Shown here one piece after another: positions 19,462 through 28,228 of a stretch of DNA of 64,000 nucleotides. Positions within the stretch are counted from its first letter, which is position 1. Each line of letters opens with the position of its first letter. Origin of the DNA: Acidaminococcaceae bacterium (lineage in GTDB: Bacteria; Bacteroidota; Bacteroidia; Bacteroidales; Paludibacteraceae); contig CAVEZM010000005.1 of the NCBI GenBank assembly GCA_963620225.1, forward strand, positions 20,893-84,892, in the 5' to 3' direction. Position numbers and translations under genes: made by a program. The notes beneath the pieces are model-generated. The model was not told the origin of the DNA, ran no database searches, and saw nothing but the letters and a program-made list of their open reading frames with translations.

Positions 19462-19485
19462 CATTGTTTTAACAACACAAGAGAT

Positions 19486-19974
19486 ATGAAGAAGTATTTT
19501 GTTTTTATCTGTATGATAGCAGGTATCATAGGCTGCACAGGCCCACAAGGTCCTAAAGGTGACAAAGGAGACCCGGGAGTGGTCACAAAGATAGTTAATG
19601 TCACTGTACCTAAAAATGCCTGGACATACACCAACTATACCAACGAGAGTGAAGAACCGTTTGCAAATAACTATTTCTACAGTACAGTCAAAATGCCCGA
19701 GATTACTGAATCAGTCTTTGACTATGGTTCTGTAGCGGCATACGTGGTGTATAACCGCACAACAAAAGATGCGTCACAACATCTCTTACCCTACACACGC
19801 CATTATGAAGAAAAACGCACCGATGGCCAATGGTACTACTATACCGAAACCGTAGATTGCACGTATGGCATCGGATGGATAGAGTTTAACTACCGAGCCA
19901 GTGATTTTGCCTACGAAGACGACACCTCTATCAATCCTATAGAAATGGACTTCCGTATCGTAGTCACACAATAA
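19486..19974 (+). CDS. small lipoprotein with a short collagen-like G-X-Y tract
   Basis: The start is set at MKKYFVFICMIAGIIGC (lipobox). It is immediately followed by GPQGPKGDKGDPG and then a Y/T/N-rich globular part of about 130 aa. Confidence 0.7.
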   Translation: MKKYFVFICMIAGIIGCTGPQGPKGDKGDPGVVTKIVNVTVPKNAWTYTNYTNESEEPFANNYFYSTVKMPEITESVFDYGSVAAYVVYNRTTKDASQHLLPYTRHYEEKRTDGQWYYYTETVDCTYGIGWIEFNYRASDFAYEDDTSINPIEMDFRIVVTQ

Positions 19975-19989
19975 CGCACCTCCCTTATT

Positions 19990-21213
19990 ATGTCGCCTGC
20001 AACGCATAATAATGACGAAGTGATCGATATTGAGCACTTGGCTCTACAACGTAATCGGTATCCCGACATGTCGGATGCCGATTTCCGTTTTATGCTACAA
20101 CAGATAGAGGGACGCCAACGCACGAAACAGAAACTGCCCTCCTTTGCACGACTGCAAGATTGGTGGTATCCTGTTCGTCTATCCTTAGAACAATGCTCTA
20201 ACGAACAAACGGCACTGTACAAGTGCGAGATACTCAACAACCACCCTCTGCTGCAGTCCGGGAGGATAAATGATGATAACAGGCGAGAACTGAGGGTAGC
20301 CGACCTGACAGGAGGATACGGCGTGGACTCGTATTTCTTTAGCCGTTGGGCTGCACAAGTGGACTACGTAGAACGGGATGAAGAACTATGCCGCATCGCC
20401 ACGCATAACTTCGCCACCTATGCACCCAACATACACGTCCATCACTGTGATGCAGAAGAGTTCCTTACACAACTCTCCACATGTGATGTCATCTACCTCG
20501 ACCCTGCACGACGGGACAAGAACGGAGCGAAAGTATTCCGATTGGAAGATTGTACCCCCAACCTGATCAACCTGCTACCTACCCTGCAAGCACAAACCAA
20601 GGTTCTGCTGTTTAAGTTAAGTCCTATGCTCGATATCACATCGGCATTGCGTAGTCTGGACGGGTATGGCATAGCATGGGACGTGCATGTGGTGGCTATA
20701 AATAACGAGGTAAAGGAAGTATTACTGCTATCCGCCATGGGCAACAACTCACGCACTGCCGTAAACATCATCTCACACAATGGATGTATCGACCGACAGA
20801 CTGTTTGTGCCAATATCGATGCAATAAGAAACAATACGATACCCGCCTGTGCCAACCAACTGAATAAATACCTCTACGAACCAAATACAGCCATTCTAAA
20901 GGCAGGTATGTATCATTGGATAGAAAAGTATGCTGTGACCAAACTTGGCGCAAACACGCACTTATATACATCTGACAGATGGCTTGGCGATTTCCCGGGA
21001 CGGGCATGGCGTATCGTCTGCACGAACATCAAACACGTACAAGACATACGAAACATAACTTCCGAAGGCGTATCTATCGTAACACGCAACTACCCGCTCA
21101 CACCCGGACAGATACGCAAGAAGTTCAAACTCCATGACGGAGACAACTACTACCTTGTCGGAGCAAGACTCGGAAACAAACCGATACTGCTCTTATGCAA
21201 ACGCCTGCAATAA
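19990..21213 (+). CDS. class I SAM-dependent methyltransferase with a C-terminal THUMP-like extension
   Basis: It has SAM motif I (VADLTGGYGVDS) and a post-II motif (VIYLDPARRD). Its overall size is typical of this Bacteroidota methyltransferase family. Confidence 0.7.
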   Translation: MSPATHNNDEVIDIEHLALQRNRYPDMSDADFRFMLQQIEGRQRTKQKLPSFARLQDWWYPVRLSLEQCSNEQTALYKCEILNNHPLLQSGRINDDNRRELRVADLTGGYGVDSYFFSRWAAQVDYVERDEELCRIATHNFATYAPNIHVHHCDAEEFLTQLSTCDVIYLDPARRDKNGAKVFRLEDCTPNLINLLPTLQAQTKVLLFKLSPMLDITSALRSLDGYGIAWDVHVVAINNEVKEVLLLSAMGNNSRTAVNIISHNGCIDRQTVCANIDAIRNNTIPACANQLNKYLYEPNTAILKAGMYHWIEKYAVTKLGANTHLYTSDRWLGDFPGRAWRIVCTNIKHVQDIRNITSEGVSIVTRNYPLTPGQIRKKFKLHDGDNYYLVGARLGNKPILLLCKRLQ

Positions 21214-21217
21214 ATAC

Positions 21218-21246
21218 TCAACTTCAACTGCGCTCAACTCTCAACT
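21218..21246. repeat. four TCAACT hexamers in 29 bp
   Basis: TCAACT occurs at 21218, 21224, 21234 and 21241, immediately beside the terminator hairpin. Confidence 0.9.
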
Positions 21247-21261
21247 CTAAACACAAAAAAA

Positions 21262-21286
21262 GCAGCCCAACACTTTGTCGGGCTGC
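21262..21286 (-). terminator. intrinsic terminator of the SusC/D operon (possibly bidirectional)
   Basis: The hairpin is GCAGCCC-N11-GGGCTGC. On the minus strand it is followed by T7, and on the plus strand it is preceded by A7. It lies between convergent genes. Confidence 0.8.
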
Positions 21287-21327
21287 CGAAACGAGGCTAT
21301 TAGATGTTATGTAGAGTATAAACTCGA

Positions 21328-22311
21328 TTACTCAACCTTCGTACCAAGAACATTGTAACGCTCATCACCCTTGACAATAATCAACTGACCACGCGCTGCA
21401 TCATAGTACTTGAACGCAGCAACCTTCTCAACACCTATATTATCAACAGCCGTCTCCTCTACACATTGGGTGTAGCGACCTGCACTGTAGTCAACATCAA
21501 CAACCGAGTCTGCAGTCAAAGTGATGTTAGGATTATCTTCCCAAATATCAGCACCCGTCGAATCCTTTACCAAAATCTGGATTTGGTTAGACCAGTCAGT
21601 ATCGCCAAGAGCCTTGAACTTGAATGCTCCACCTTCCTTGTCATTGAAAGTATAGGAATAAACCATTGTCTCTTCGTTAAGTTCCATTGCGACACCTTCA
21701 GACCAACCATTGAACGAACCAATGATTGCAGGGGCAAAATAATTACTTTCTGCATCAGCGCAAATAGGAGCCTTCAAATTAACGGTGTAGTCGTGTCTGA
21801 TCTCAGCAACACAAGGACTATTGTGATTCTTAAAATAACTACTAATCAGAACAACAGGAGCTGCTGTGCTATAGCCCTGTAGATTAGCCTCTCCAGAATA
21901 ACCAGCTTCAATGGTTACCGTACCACGAACGAGTGTCCATGAGTCCACATCTCCTGTTTGGTAATCCCAATCGAACTTACCATCCTTTGTCAATTGAACG
22001 GGCTTACCTTGAATACTACCAGTAGGATCTTTGATAAGTGTACTATCTGTTACAGCCACTACATACCAACCATCAAAACCTGTAACCGTCTCAAACTTCG
22101 CTAAGGTAGACACATCGTCCGTTACCCAGCCGTTGTAGGATCCCACAAAAACGACATCATTGCAAACCTCTTCTTCAAAATAGACACATACACACAACTG
22201 ACCTTTCAGATAGTAGTCTGCCAAATCTGCATCCGTAGGAACCGTCTCCTTAGCAGCAAAAGTGCTCAATGCGGCGAACAACGCCACCATAATGATAGAA
22301 ATCTTCTTCAT
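21328..22311 (-). CDS. secreted PUL-encoded glycan-binding protein with two CBM-like repeats
   Basis: It has an SPI-type signal peptide (ALSTFAAKE, no lipobox Cys) and two E-set/CBM48-20-like motifs (VFVGSYNGW and AIIGSFNGW). It is the last gene of the SusC/D operon. Confidence 0.6.
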   Translation of the reverse strand: MKKISIIMVALFAALSTFAAKETVPTDADLADYYLKGQLCVCVYFEEEVCNDVVFVGSYNGWVTDDVSTLAKFETVTGFDGWYVVAVTDSTLIKDPTGSIQGKPVQLTKDGKFDWDYQTGDVDSWTLVRGTVTIEAGYSGEANLQGYSTAAPVVLISSYFKNHNSPCVAEIRHDYTVNLKAPICADAESNYFAPAIIGSFNGWSEGVAMELNEETMVYSYTFNDKEGGAFKFKALGDTDWSNQIQILVKDSTGADIWEDNPNITLTADSVVDVDYSAGRYTQCVEETAVDNIGVEKVAAFKYYDAARGQLIIVKGDERYNVLGTKVE

Positions 22312-22353
22312 AAAACTTAATGATTAAATTGTTAATAATACTTTGTTATCGAA

Positions 22354-24009
22354 TTAATAGCCGTCGCCATTATTCAGTTTCTGAAAATTAGAGTTAGATG
22401 CCTTGTCATCATTGGGAATAGGATACCAGTTCCATTTCTCCTCTGCAGACTTGTAACCTGCCGTCGAAGATTGATTGTAACGCCCCTCCCAGTTGTAGGC
22501 ATTAGCGTCTGCTTGCGGACCCGCAAAACGATTGAAACGTATCAAATCCGTACGACGACGCCCCTCACAATAGAACTCACGACACCACTCATCGCACAAC
22601 GTACCCTCATCCAACGTAGCCAAAGGCTCAGCATTGGCACGCGAACGAATAAAATCATTGATGATACGCAAGGCCCCAGCTATATTCCCCTGACGGAACA
22701 TAGCCTCCGCCTGAATCATATAAGCCTCGGCAAGACGGAGCAAAGGAATGTCCGTATCAGGTATCTTTGCATCCGAAGAAACCGACTTGGAGGGATGCGA
22801 AGCGGTGGACTTGGCACCCGTAAACTTCAAGACAGACCAACAGTCATAAAACTCAGCCGCTTTTGCACCGTTTAACTTCCATACCTGTAGGCTGTTCGTA
22901 TCGGTGCGCGAACACATAATAGCACGGTCGTCTTTTAACAGGATAGGCATCTCATACTCGTCTGCCAAGATAGTAGAAGCAGTAGCCTTATCCACAAACT
23001 TATAAACGAATTCCGGACTCGAACGGAAACACTTCCATGTATCGGATGTCCCTGCTGGAACCATCTTGGCATCCCGCACAGAAGCCACCAGGAAATACGA
23101 CCCTGCATAACTCTGACAATACACACCATCTTGGTAAATCATCAACAACGTCTCATCTTGAGCACCGTTGTTATGATTATCCCCCATAAACAACTGCTGA
23201 TATGCAGAATAGCGGACACCGTCTGGGGTAGTAATGGTATTCTTATGCAACCTGTAATGACCTTTCATGACCTCTGCGGCAGCATCTTGAGCCTCTTTCC
23301 AGGCAGAAGTACCAGTATAAACCTCCGCATTCAAATAGGTACGGGCAAGCAATAACCACGCAGCGTATCTATCCACACGCCATGTACTCAAACGCTTCTC
23401 AGGCAACTCAACGGTCAAAGCCTTCAATTCTTCAACCAACCAATCGTACAACTGAGGACGCTCTACAAACTCAGGGAGCTCAGAAGACTCTGTAATACTG
23501 AACGGAGCCACCTTGAACATATCCAACAAATACCAATAATTCAATGCACGCAAGAAACGTACCTCTGCACGCTGCTGCAGCGTCTTTTCATCGGTAGCAC
23601 CCTCTGTATTGGCTAAGAAGTGGTTATGTAACTTGATATCAATATTGAAACGATAGTACAAGCCCTTTACTAAGGCATTGTCACCATTCCAGTTCATGAT
23701 ACGGATATCCGCCAATCCGACATCGTTCCATATCCACCAACCCTCATCGGTGGGAAACTCATTGAGTTCCCACATCATACGGTAGAAACCCGATGTACCT
23801 TCGTCCAAGTCATCAATATCACCATCACCATTAGGTCCCTGCTGACCCGTCAAAGCAAGAGTAGCATAGCACTTTGAGAACACAGCATCCTGATTGAAAG
23901 CAGTAGTCGAGTTTTTGTCAATAGGTGTTGTATTCAAGTTATGTACACAGGAAGTCACAGCAAGTAGTAAGCCACAAATTACTGTAATATATCTCAAAAA
24001 CGTCTTCAT
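22354..24009 (-). CDS. SusD/RagB-family nutrient-binding lipoprotein
   Basis: It has a lipobox (LLAVTSC) and a TPR-like SusD pattern (RAEVRFLRALNYWYLLDMF, LLRLAEAYMIQAEA). It lies directly downstream of SusC. Confidence 0.95.
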   Translation of the reverse strand: MKTFLRYITVICGLLLAVTSCVHNLNTTPIDKNSTTAFNQDAVFSKCYATLALTGQQGPNGDGDIDDLDEGTSGFYRMMWELNEFPTDEGWWIWNDVGLADIRIMNWNGDNALVKGLYYRFNIDIKLHNHFLANTEGATDEKTLQQRAEVRFLRALNYWYLLDMFKVAPFSITESSELPEFVERPQLYDWLVEELKALTVELPEKRLSTWRVDRYAAWLLLARTYLNAEVYTGTSAWKEAQDAAAEVMKGHYRLHKNTITTPDGVRYSAYQQLFMGDNHNNGAQDETLLMIYQDGVYCQSYAGSYFLVASVRDAKMVPAGTSDTWKCFRSSPEFVYKFVDKATASTILADEYEMPILLKDDRAIMCSRTDTNSLQVWKLNGAKAAEFYDCWSVLKFTGAKSTASHPSKSVSSDAKIPDTDIPLLRLAEAYMIQAEAMFRQGNIAGALRIINDFIRSRANAEPLATLDEGTLCDEWCREFYCEGRRRTDLIRFNRFAGPQADANAYNWEGRYNQSSTAGYKSAEEKWNWYPIPNDDKASNSNFQKLNNGDGY

Positions 24010-24041
24010 AATATCTTTATGCTATAAAATAGGTTTAACCA

Positions 24042-27000
24042 TTAGAATTGCAGACTCAATCCGACCAACGAAGTCATGCTACGCGGATAGATATTGTTGT
24101 CTATACCACCGAATACCTCCGGGTCCAACCCTGAATACTTGGAGAACACACACGGGTTCTGTACAGTAACATAAGCACGTCCTGATATCTTCGGACGTTT
24201 GAACGAATAACCCAAAGTGATGTTGTCAATACGCAGGAAAGAAGCGTTCTCAACAAAGTAATCCAACCGATACCACTCCGAGAAAGCACTCGTCCCCGCA
24301 GCGTCTTTATATACTTTGTCAGACTTCATACCTACATTGTAGTACGTATCGAATGCCGACCTGAGCAGATTGTGATAACCATTGCGGTACAACTTATCCT
24401 TCTCGGCGTACTGCAGGTTAGACGCTAACACATCATTATACACATAGTTGCCAATGTTCGAGCGCAACGAGATACCTAAATCAAAACCATAGAACTGGAA
24501 CTTTGTCTGGAAACCCATAGTAATGGGGGCATTAGGACTATGATAGTAGTACTGGTCCTCTTCCGTGATTTGTCCATCCCCATTGCGGTCAACTACATAG
24601 AAGAACGTCTCACCATTCTCACGCATACCCTTGGCAGTCTCATATACATAGAAACTGTTTGCAGAATAGCCGACAGCATGGCGTTGGATATTATTACCCG
24701 TACCAGTGGAGATGCCGCCCGTGGGGATAGGTGTCTGGTCGGCACCTGTATTCAACTTGATAATCTTGTTATCATTATACGTAATGTTGAAACCCATGTC
24801 CCACTTAAAGTTCTTCGTGTCCACTGCCACAGCATTGATAGCAAACTCCACACCCTGATTGGTCAGCGAACCGACATTGCTGATGACTTTGTTACGGAAA
24901 TTCGTTCCCACAGCCACTGGAATGACATTAAGCAAGTCGTCCGTCTGACGGAAATAATAGTCTATACTACCCGAAACGCGGTTGTTCAAGAAACCATAAT
25001 CAATTCCCACGTTATAGGTAGTGGTCTTCTCCCATGTCAAATCACGGTTGAAAGCATTAGGACGATAAGTGGTGTAGATCTGATTTCCATCCGCATCCGT
25101 CACGGGGTTGCCATTCTCGTCCAACAAGATATTACCATCACCGCCAATAGGATAGTAGGCATGCTCCTTGCTAATCGTGTAAGTCGCTATATAGGGATAA
25201 TCCCCTTGCAGGATATCCTGCTGTCCGGTGATACCATAGCCGAGACGGAGTTTCAAATCGCTAATAGCATTCACGTCCTTGAGAAACGTCTCCTTTATCT
25301 TCCAACCAAGAGCAACAGACGGGAACACACCCCAACGATGCTCTGGAGCAAACCGGGAAGAACCGTCACCGCGGACAGTAGCCGTGAGCATCAACTGATT
25401 CCAACCGATATAATTCAAACGGCCAAAGAAAGAAACGAGGTAACTCTCGGTCTTGGAGGACAACGACGATATAGGATATTGGGAGCCACGCAACGTGGGA
25501 TCGTTGTTGGTGTCACGGATAAGCCCGTTGCCCTCACTCATATAGTCGTTATAGAAGTGTTGCCACTCGTAACCGGCCATGATATCAAAATGCTGTGTTT
25601 CCGTAAAGTCCTTGTAGTATTGCGCATAAGCATTGAACTGCAAGTTGTATTTGTGCTTCACATCATAGCCGCTCCAGCCATAGTAATGGCTGTTCGTGCC
25701 AAAGGCACTGTTCTCGTACTTCTGACGACCATACGAGTAGTCAGCACCAAAATTGGCATGCAAACGCAAGTCCTCGAAGCCATGTATCTTATAGTCAGCC
25801 TCCAAGTTACCTACAAACGAACCCGAATTGGCAATCGAAGAGTTCTGGTTGAGCAATGCAACAGGGTTAGCCGTCGATTGCGAGTCGTATGCCGTTCTCC
25901 AAGTGTCGTCATTATAGTTGGCAGTCGTGGTAGGCTGATAATACCCGCCAAAGAAATCATTTACTATCTGGTCTGAGATGAGCGTCTGACCAAACACACT
26001 CGTCGCACCACCACGCACTGGCATTGTCGGATCCATCGCAATGGCGGCTCCTACCACACCAGCCTCGTAACTGTTGTAGATATACAAGCCCTTGGCGTTG
26101 AGGTTGATGTTCAGGTGGTTGTCAAAAAACGATGGAGAGAGATTGATGGCTGCCGTGACACGCTGCATCTGACTAGTATTGATGATACCGTTATTGAGCG
26201 TATAGCCAAGCGAAGCACGATAGGGCATGTGCTTGGTACCTCCTATAAGGGAGAAATTATGGTCTGTAGAGAAAGCCGCACGATAGACTTGGTCTTGCCA
26301 ATCCGTATTAGCGGTACCAAGATAGCGCGTCTTATCGATCCCTAACCCTAAAGCCGTAGCATAAGAGCGAAGTTCGTCACCTGTCAGCACCTCCATACGA
26401 TTAACTAAATTACTCATCGACACGTTACCTTCATAGGAGAACTTGGGTTTGCTGCCCGCTTTACCCTTCTTGGTGGTGATAATAATCACACCATTACTTG
26501 CACGGCTACCATAGATAGCAGTGGCAGACGCATCCTTCAAGACCGTGAACGTCTCAATATCATTCGGGTTAACCATAGACAACGCATTGGATGCCCCGGG
26601 AATACCATTATTGTCCATAGCCAATCCATCAATCACAATCAATGGGTCATTACTTGCTGACAACGACGAACCACCACGAATACGAATGGTAGCACCGGCA
26701 CCAGGGGTGCCCCCTGCCGAAGTAACATTGACACCCGCAATCTTACCCTGCATCATATCTTGGGCATTAATATTCAGACCTTTATTCATGTCGTCAGGCT
26801 TGATCGCAGTGACCGAACCTGTAGCATCGTTCTTCTTGACCACACCGTAACCGACAACCACCACTTCGTCCAGCAACTCGCTGTCCTCTTGTAACTGCAC
26901 ACGCATATTAGCGGTAGCCTTCACACTCACAGACTTATAGCCCATATAACTGATATCCAACGTAGCACCCTGCTGTACTACGAGAGTAAAGTTACCGTCA

Positions 27001-27185
27001 AAATCCGTGATAGTACCATTCGTAGTACCTTTCTCAATAATGTTTGCACCAATAATGGGTTCACCATTGGCTGCATCTACCACCGAACCTGCAATAGTCG
27101 TTTGAGCGTACGAAAACGCAGTAAAGAGCAACAAGGTTGCCAATACGGATATATAACGCAAATGTAATAAATGTTGTATCTTCAT
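24042..27185 (-). CDS. SusC/RagA-family TonB-dependent transporter
   Basis: It has an N-terminal carboxypeptidase-regulatory-like domain (IAGSVVDAANGEPIIGANI), a TonB box/plug (DEVVVVGYG) and a terminal LQF. At 1047 aa the length fits the family. Confidence 0.97.
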   Translation of the reverse strand: MKIQHLLHLRYISVLATLLLFTAFSYAQTTIAGSVVDAANGEPIIGANIIEKGTTNGTITDFDGNFTLVVQQGATLDISYMGYKSVSVKATANMRVQLQEDSELLDEVVVVGYGVVKKNDATGSVTAIKPDDMNKGLNINAQDMMQGKIAGVNVTSAGGTPGAGATIRIRGGSSLSASNDPLIVIDGLAMDNNGIPGASNALSMVNPNDIETFTVLKDASATAIYGSRASNGVIIITTKKGKAGSKPKFSYEGNVSMSNLVNRMEVLTGDELRSYATALGLGIDKTRYLGTANTDWQDQVYRAAFSTDHNFSLIGGTKHMPYRASLGYTLNNGIINTSQMQRVTAAINLSPSFFDNHLNINLNAKGLYIYNSYEAGVVGAAIAMDPTMPVRGGATSVFGQTLISDQIVNDFFGGYYQPTTTANYNDDTWRTAYDSQSTANPVALLNQNSSIANSGSFVGNLEADYKIHGFEDLRLHANFGADYSYGRQKYENSAFGTNSHYYGWSGYDVKHKYNLQFNAYAQYYKDFTETQHFDIMAGYEWQHFYNDYMSEGNGLIRDTNNDPTLRGSQYPISSLSSKTESYLVSFFGRLNYIGWNQLMLTATVRGDGSSRFAPEHRWGVFPSVALGWKIKETFLKDVNAISDLKLRLGYGITGQQDILQGDYPYIATYTISKEHAYYPIGGDGNILLDENGNPVTDADGNQIYTTYRPNAFNRDLTWEKTTTYNVGIDYGFLNNRVSGSIDYYFRQTDDLLNVIPVAVGTNFRNKVISNVGSLTNQGVEFAINAVAVDTKNFKWDMGFNITYNDNKIIKLNTGADQTPIPTGGISTGTGNNIQRHAVGYSANSFYVYETAKGMRENGETFFYVVDRNGDGQITEEDQYYYHSPNAPITMGFQTKFQFYGFDLGISLRSNIGNYVYNDVLASNLQYAEKDKLYRNGYHNLLRSAFDTYYNVGMKSDKVYKDAAGTSAFSEWYRLDYFVENASFLRIDNITLGYSFKRPKISGRAYVTVQNPCVFSKYSGLDPEVFGGIDNNIYPRSMTSLVGLSLQF

Positions 27186-27203
27186 TGTAGTACGATTTAA
27201 GAA

Positions 27204-28160
27204 TTATTCTTTGAATGTGTATGTGTAACTGTTATTAACTATCACACTACTACCTGCGGTATACTTGAACATACTAAACGTCAGTGTCTCTTTATCCGCA
27301 TCCTCTGCTATGGCGACGAGATTAAATTGGCGCGCCGTAGTAACCGACGAGAAGCCCCAACGCATATCATAATCCTTGTGTATGCATAGACTATCAACCG
27401 GTTGACCTGGAGTAATAGAGTCCCCTTTTGTTAGAACAACATAATCATACTTGTAATGCCCAATATTTTGAAGCGTGCTGGCATCACGATTAAAGGACAC
27501 CTCAACGCTCGTTCTCTTGTGAATACCTATCGTATCTTTTACTTCCACACGAATGGTGTCATAGATTGTATCACGCTTGATGCCTGTCGGCGTTACGGTC
27601 TTGATGATTTGAACACTGATACTGTCGTATTCGGTAATATCTATGTAGTACACCGTATCTTGATATCCCCATGTGGAGTTCGGGAAAGTATTCAGTATCT
27701 TGCCGAAGTTCTCCACCTTAGCCAACTGATCTGTCAAGGTATCAACCTCGTTCTCAATGATCATATTATTGAGAAACTCCACTACGAAAGACTCCGTTTC
27801 TGCAGTTGTCCCCTCCGTAACCGAAGAGGATGGAGTGAACAAAAACTTGAGCCCAACATTGTTTTTCCCATACTCCATAGGCGCATACGAAAACGTGTTC
27901 GAAGTAGGAGCCTTGTATACTCCATCACCAAAGGTCGTCTCCGTGCGAATGACTCTGTTGCCCGGTAGGAACTTGTAGTCAACCACCTTCAATGTAAGAC
28001 CGGACATTACGGCTCCTGAACGTATAGAGTCGCTACCTATCATGGTGGCGACAGCTATGTCCTTACACGTGCCCTCTACATCAATGACAGGCTTGCAAGA
28101 AGAGACTAACCCTGCCAAAAACATAGTGGTGATAATGAAAAGGTATTTGTTTTTCGTCAT
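27204..28160 (-). CDS. lipoprotein of unknown function inside the PUL
   Basis: It has a lipobox (LAGLVSSC). I recognise no other motif. It sits between the MFS gene and the SusC gene. Confidence 0.6.
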   Translation of the reverse strand: MTKNKYLFIITTMFLAGLVSSCKPVIDVEGTCKDIAVATMIGSDSIRSGAVMSGLTLKVVDYKFLPGNRVIRTETTFGDGVYKAPTSNTFSYAPMEYGKNNVGLKFLFTPSSSVTEGTTAETESFVVEFLNNMIIENEVDTLTDQLAKVENFGKILNTFPNSTWGYQDTVYYIDITEYDSISVQIIKTVTPTGIKRDTIYDTIRVEVKDTIGIHKRTSVEVSFNRDASTLQNIGHYKYDYVVLTKGDSITPGQPVDSLCIHKDYDMRWGFSSVTTARQFNLVAIAEDADKETLTFSMFKYTAGSSVIVNNSYTYTFKE

Positions 28161-28228
28161 CTTGTTAGATTTTAGATGTTAATAATATTTTGTTTGAATG
28201 ATACTGTCGACAATTACTACGCTACTGT

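Noticed and set aside
19398-19634. The ORF track extends the peptidoglycan hydrolase by 79 codons at the N-terminus, and likewise extends the lipoprotein back to 19459.
   Set aside because: The extensions run through both divergent promoter boxes and lack a signal peptide. The internal ATGs give canonical signal and lipoprotein N-termini.
24540-25976. A 478-aa ORF lies on the plus strand, antisense to SusC.
   Set aside because: The minus-strand frame is an unambiguous full-length SusC/RagA transporter. The antisense product is I/V/R/T/L-rich with no motif, no promoter box and no signal peptide. It is the usual mirror image of beta-barrel codon usage.
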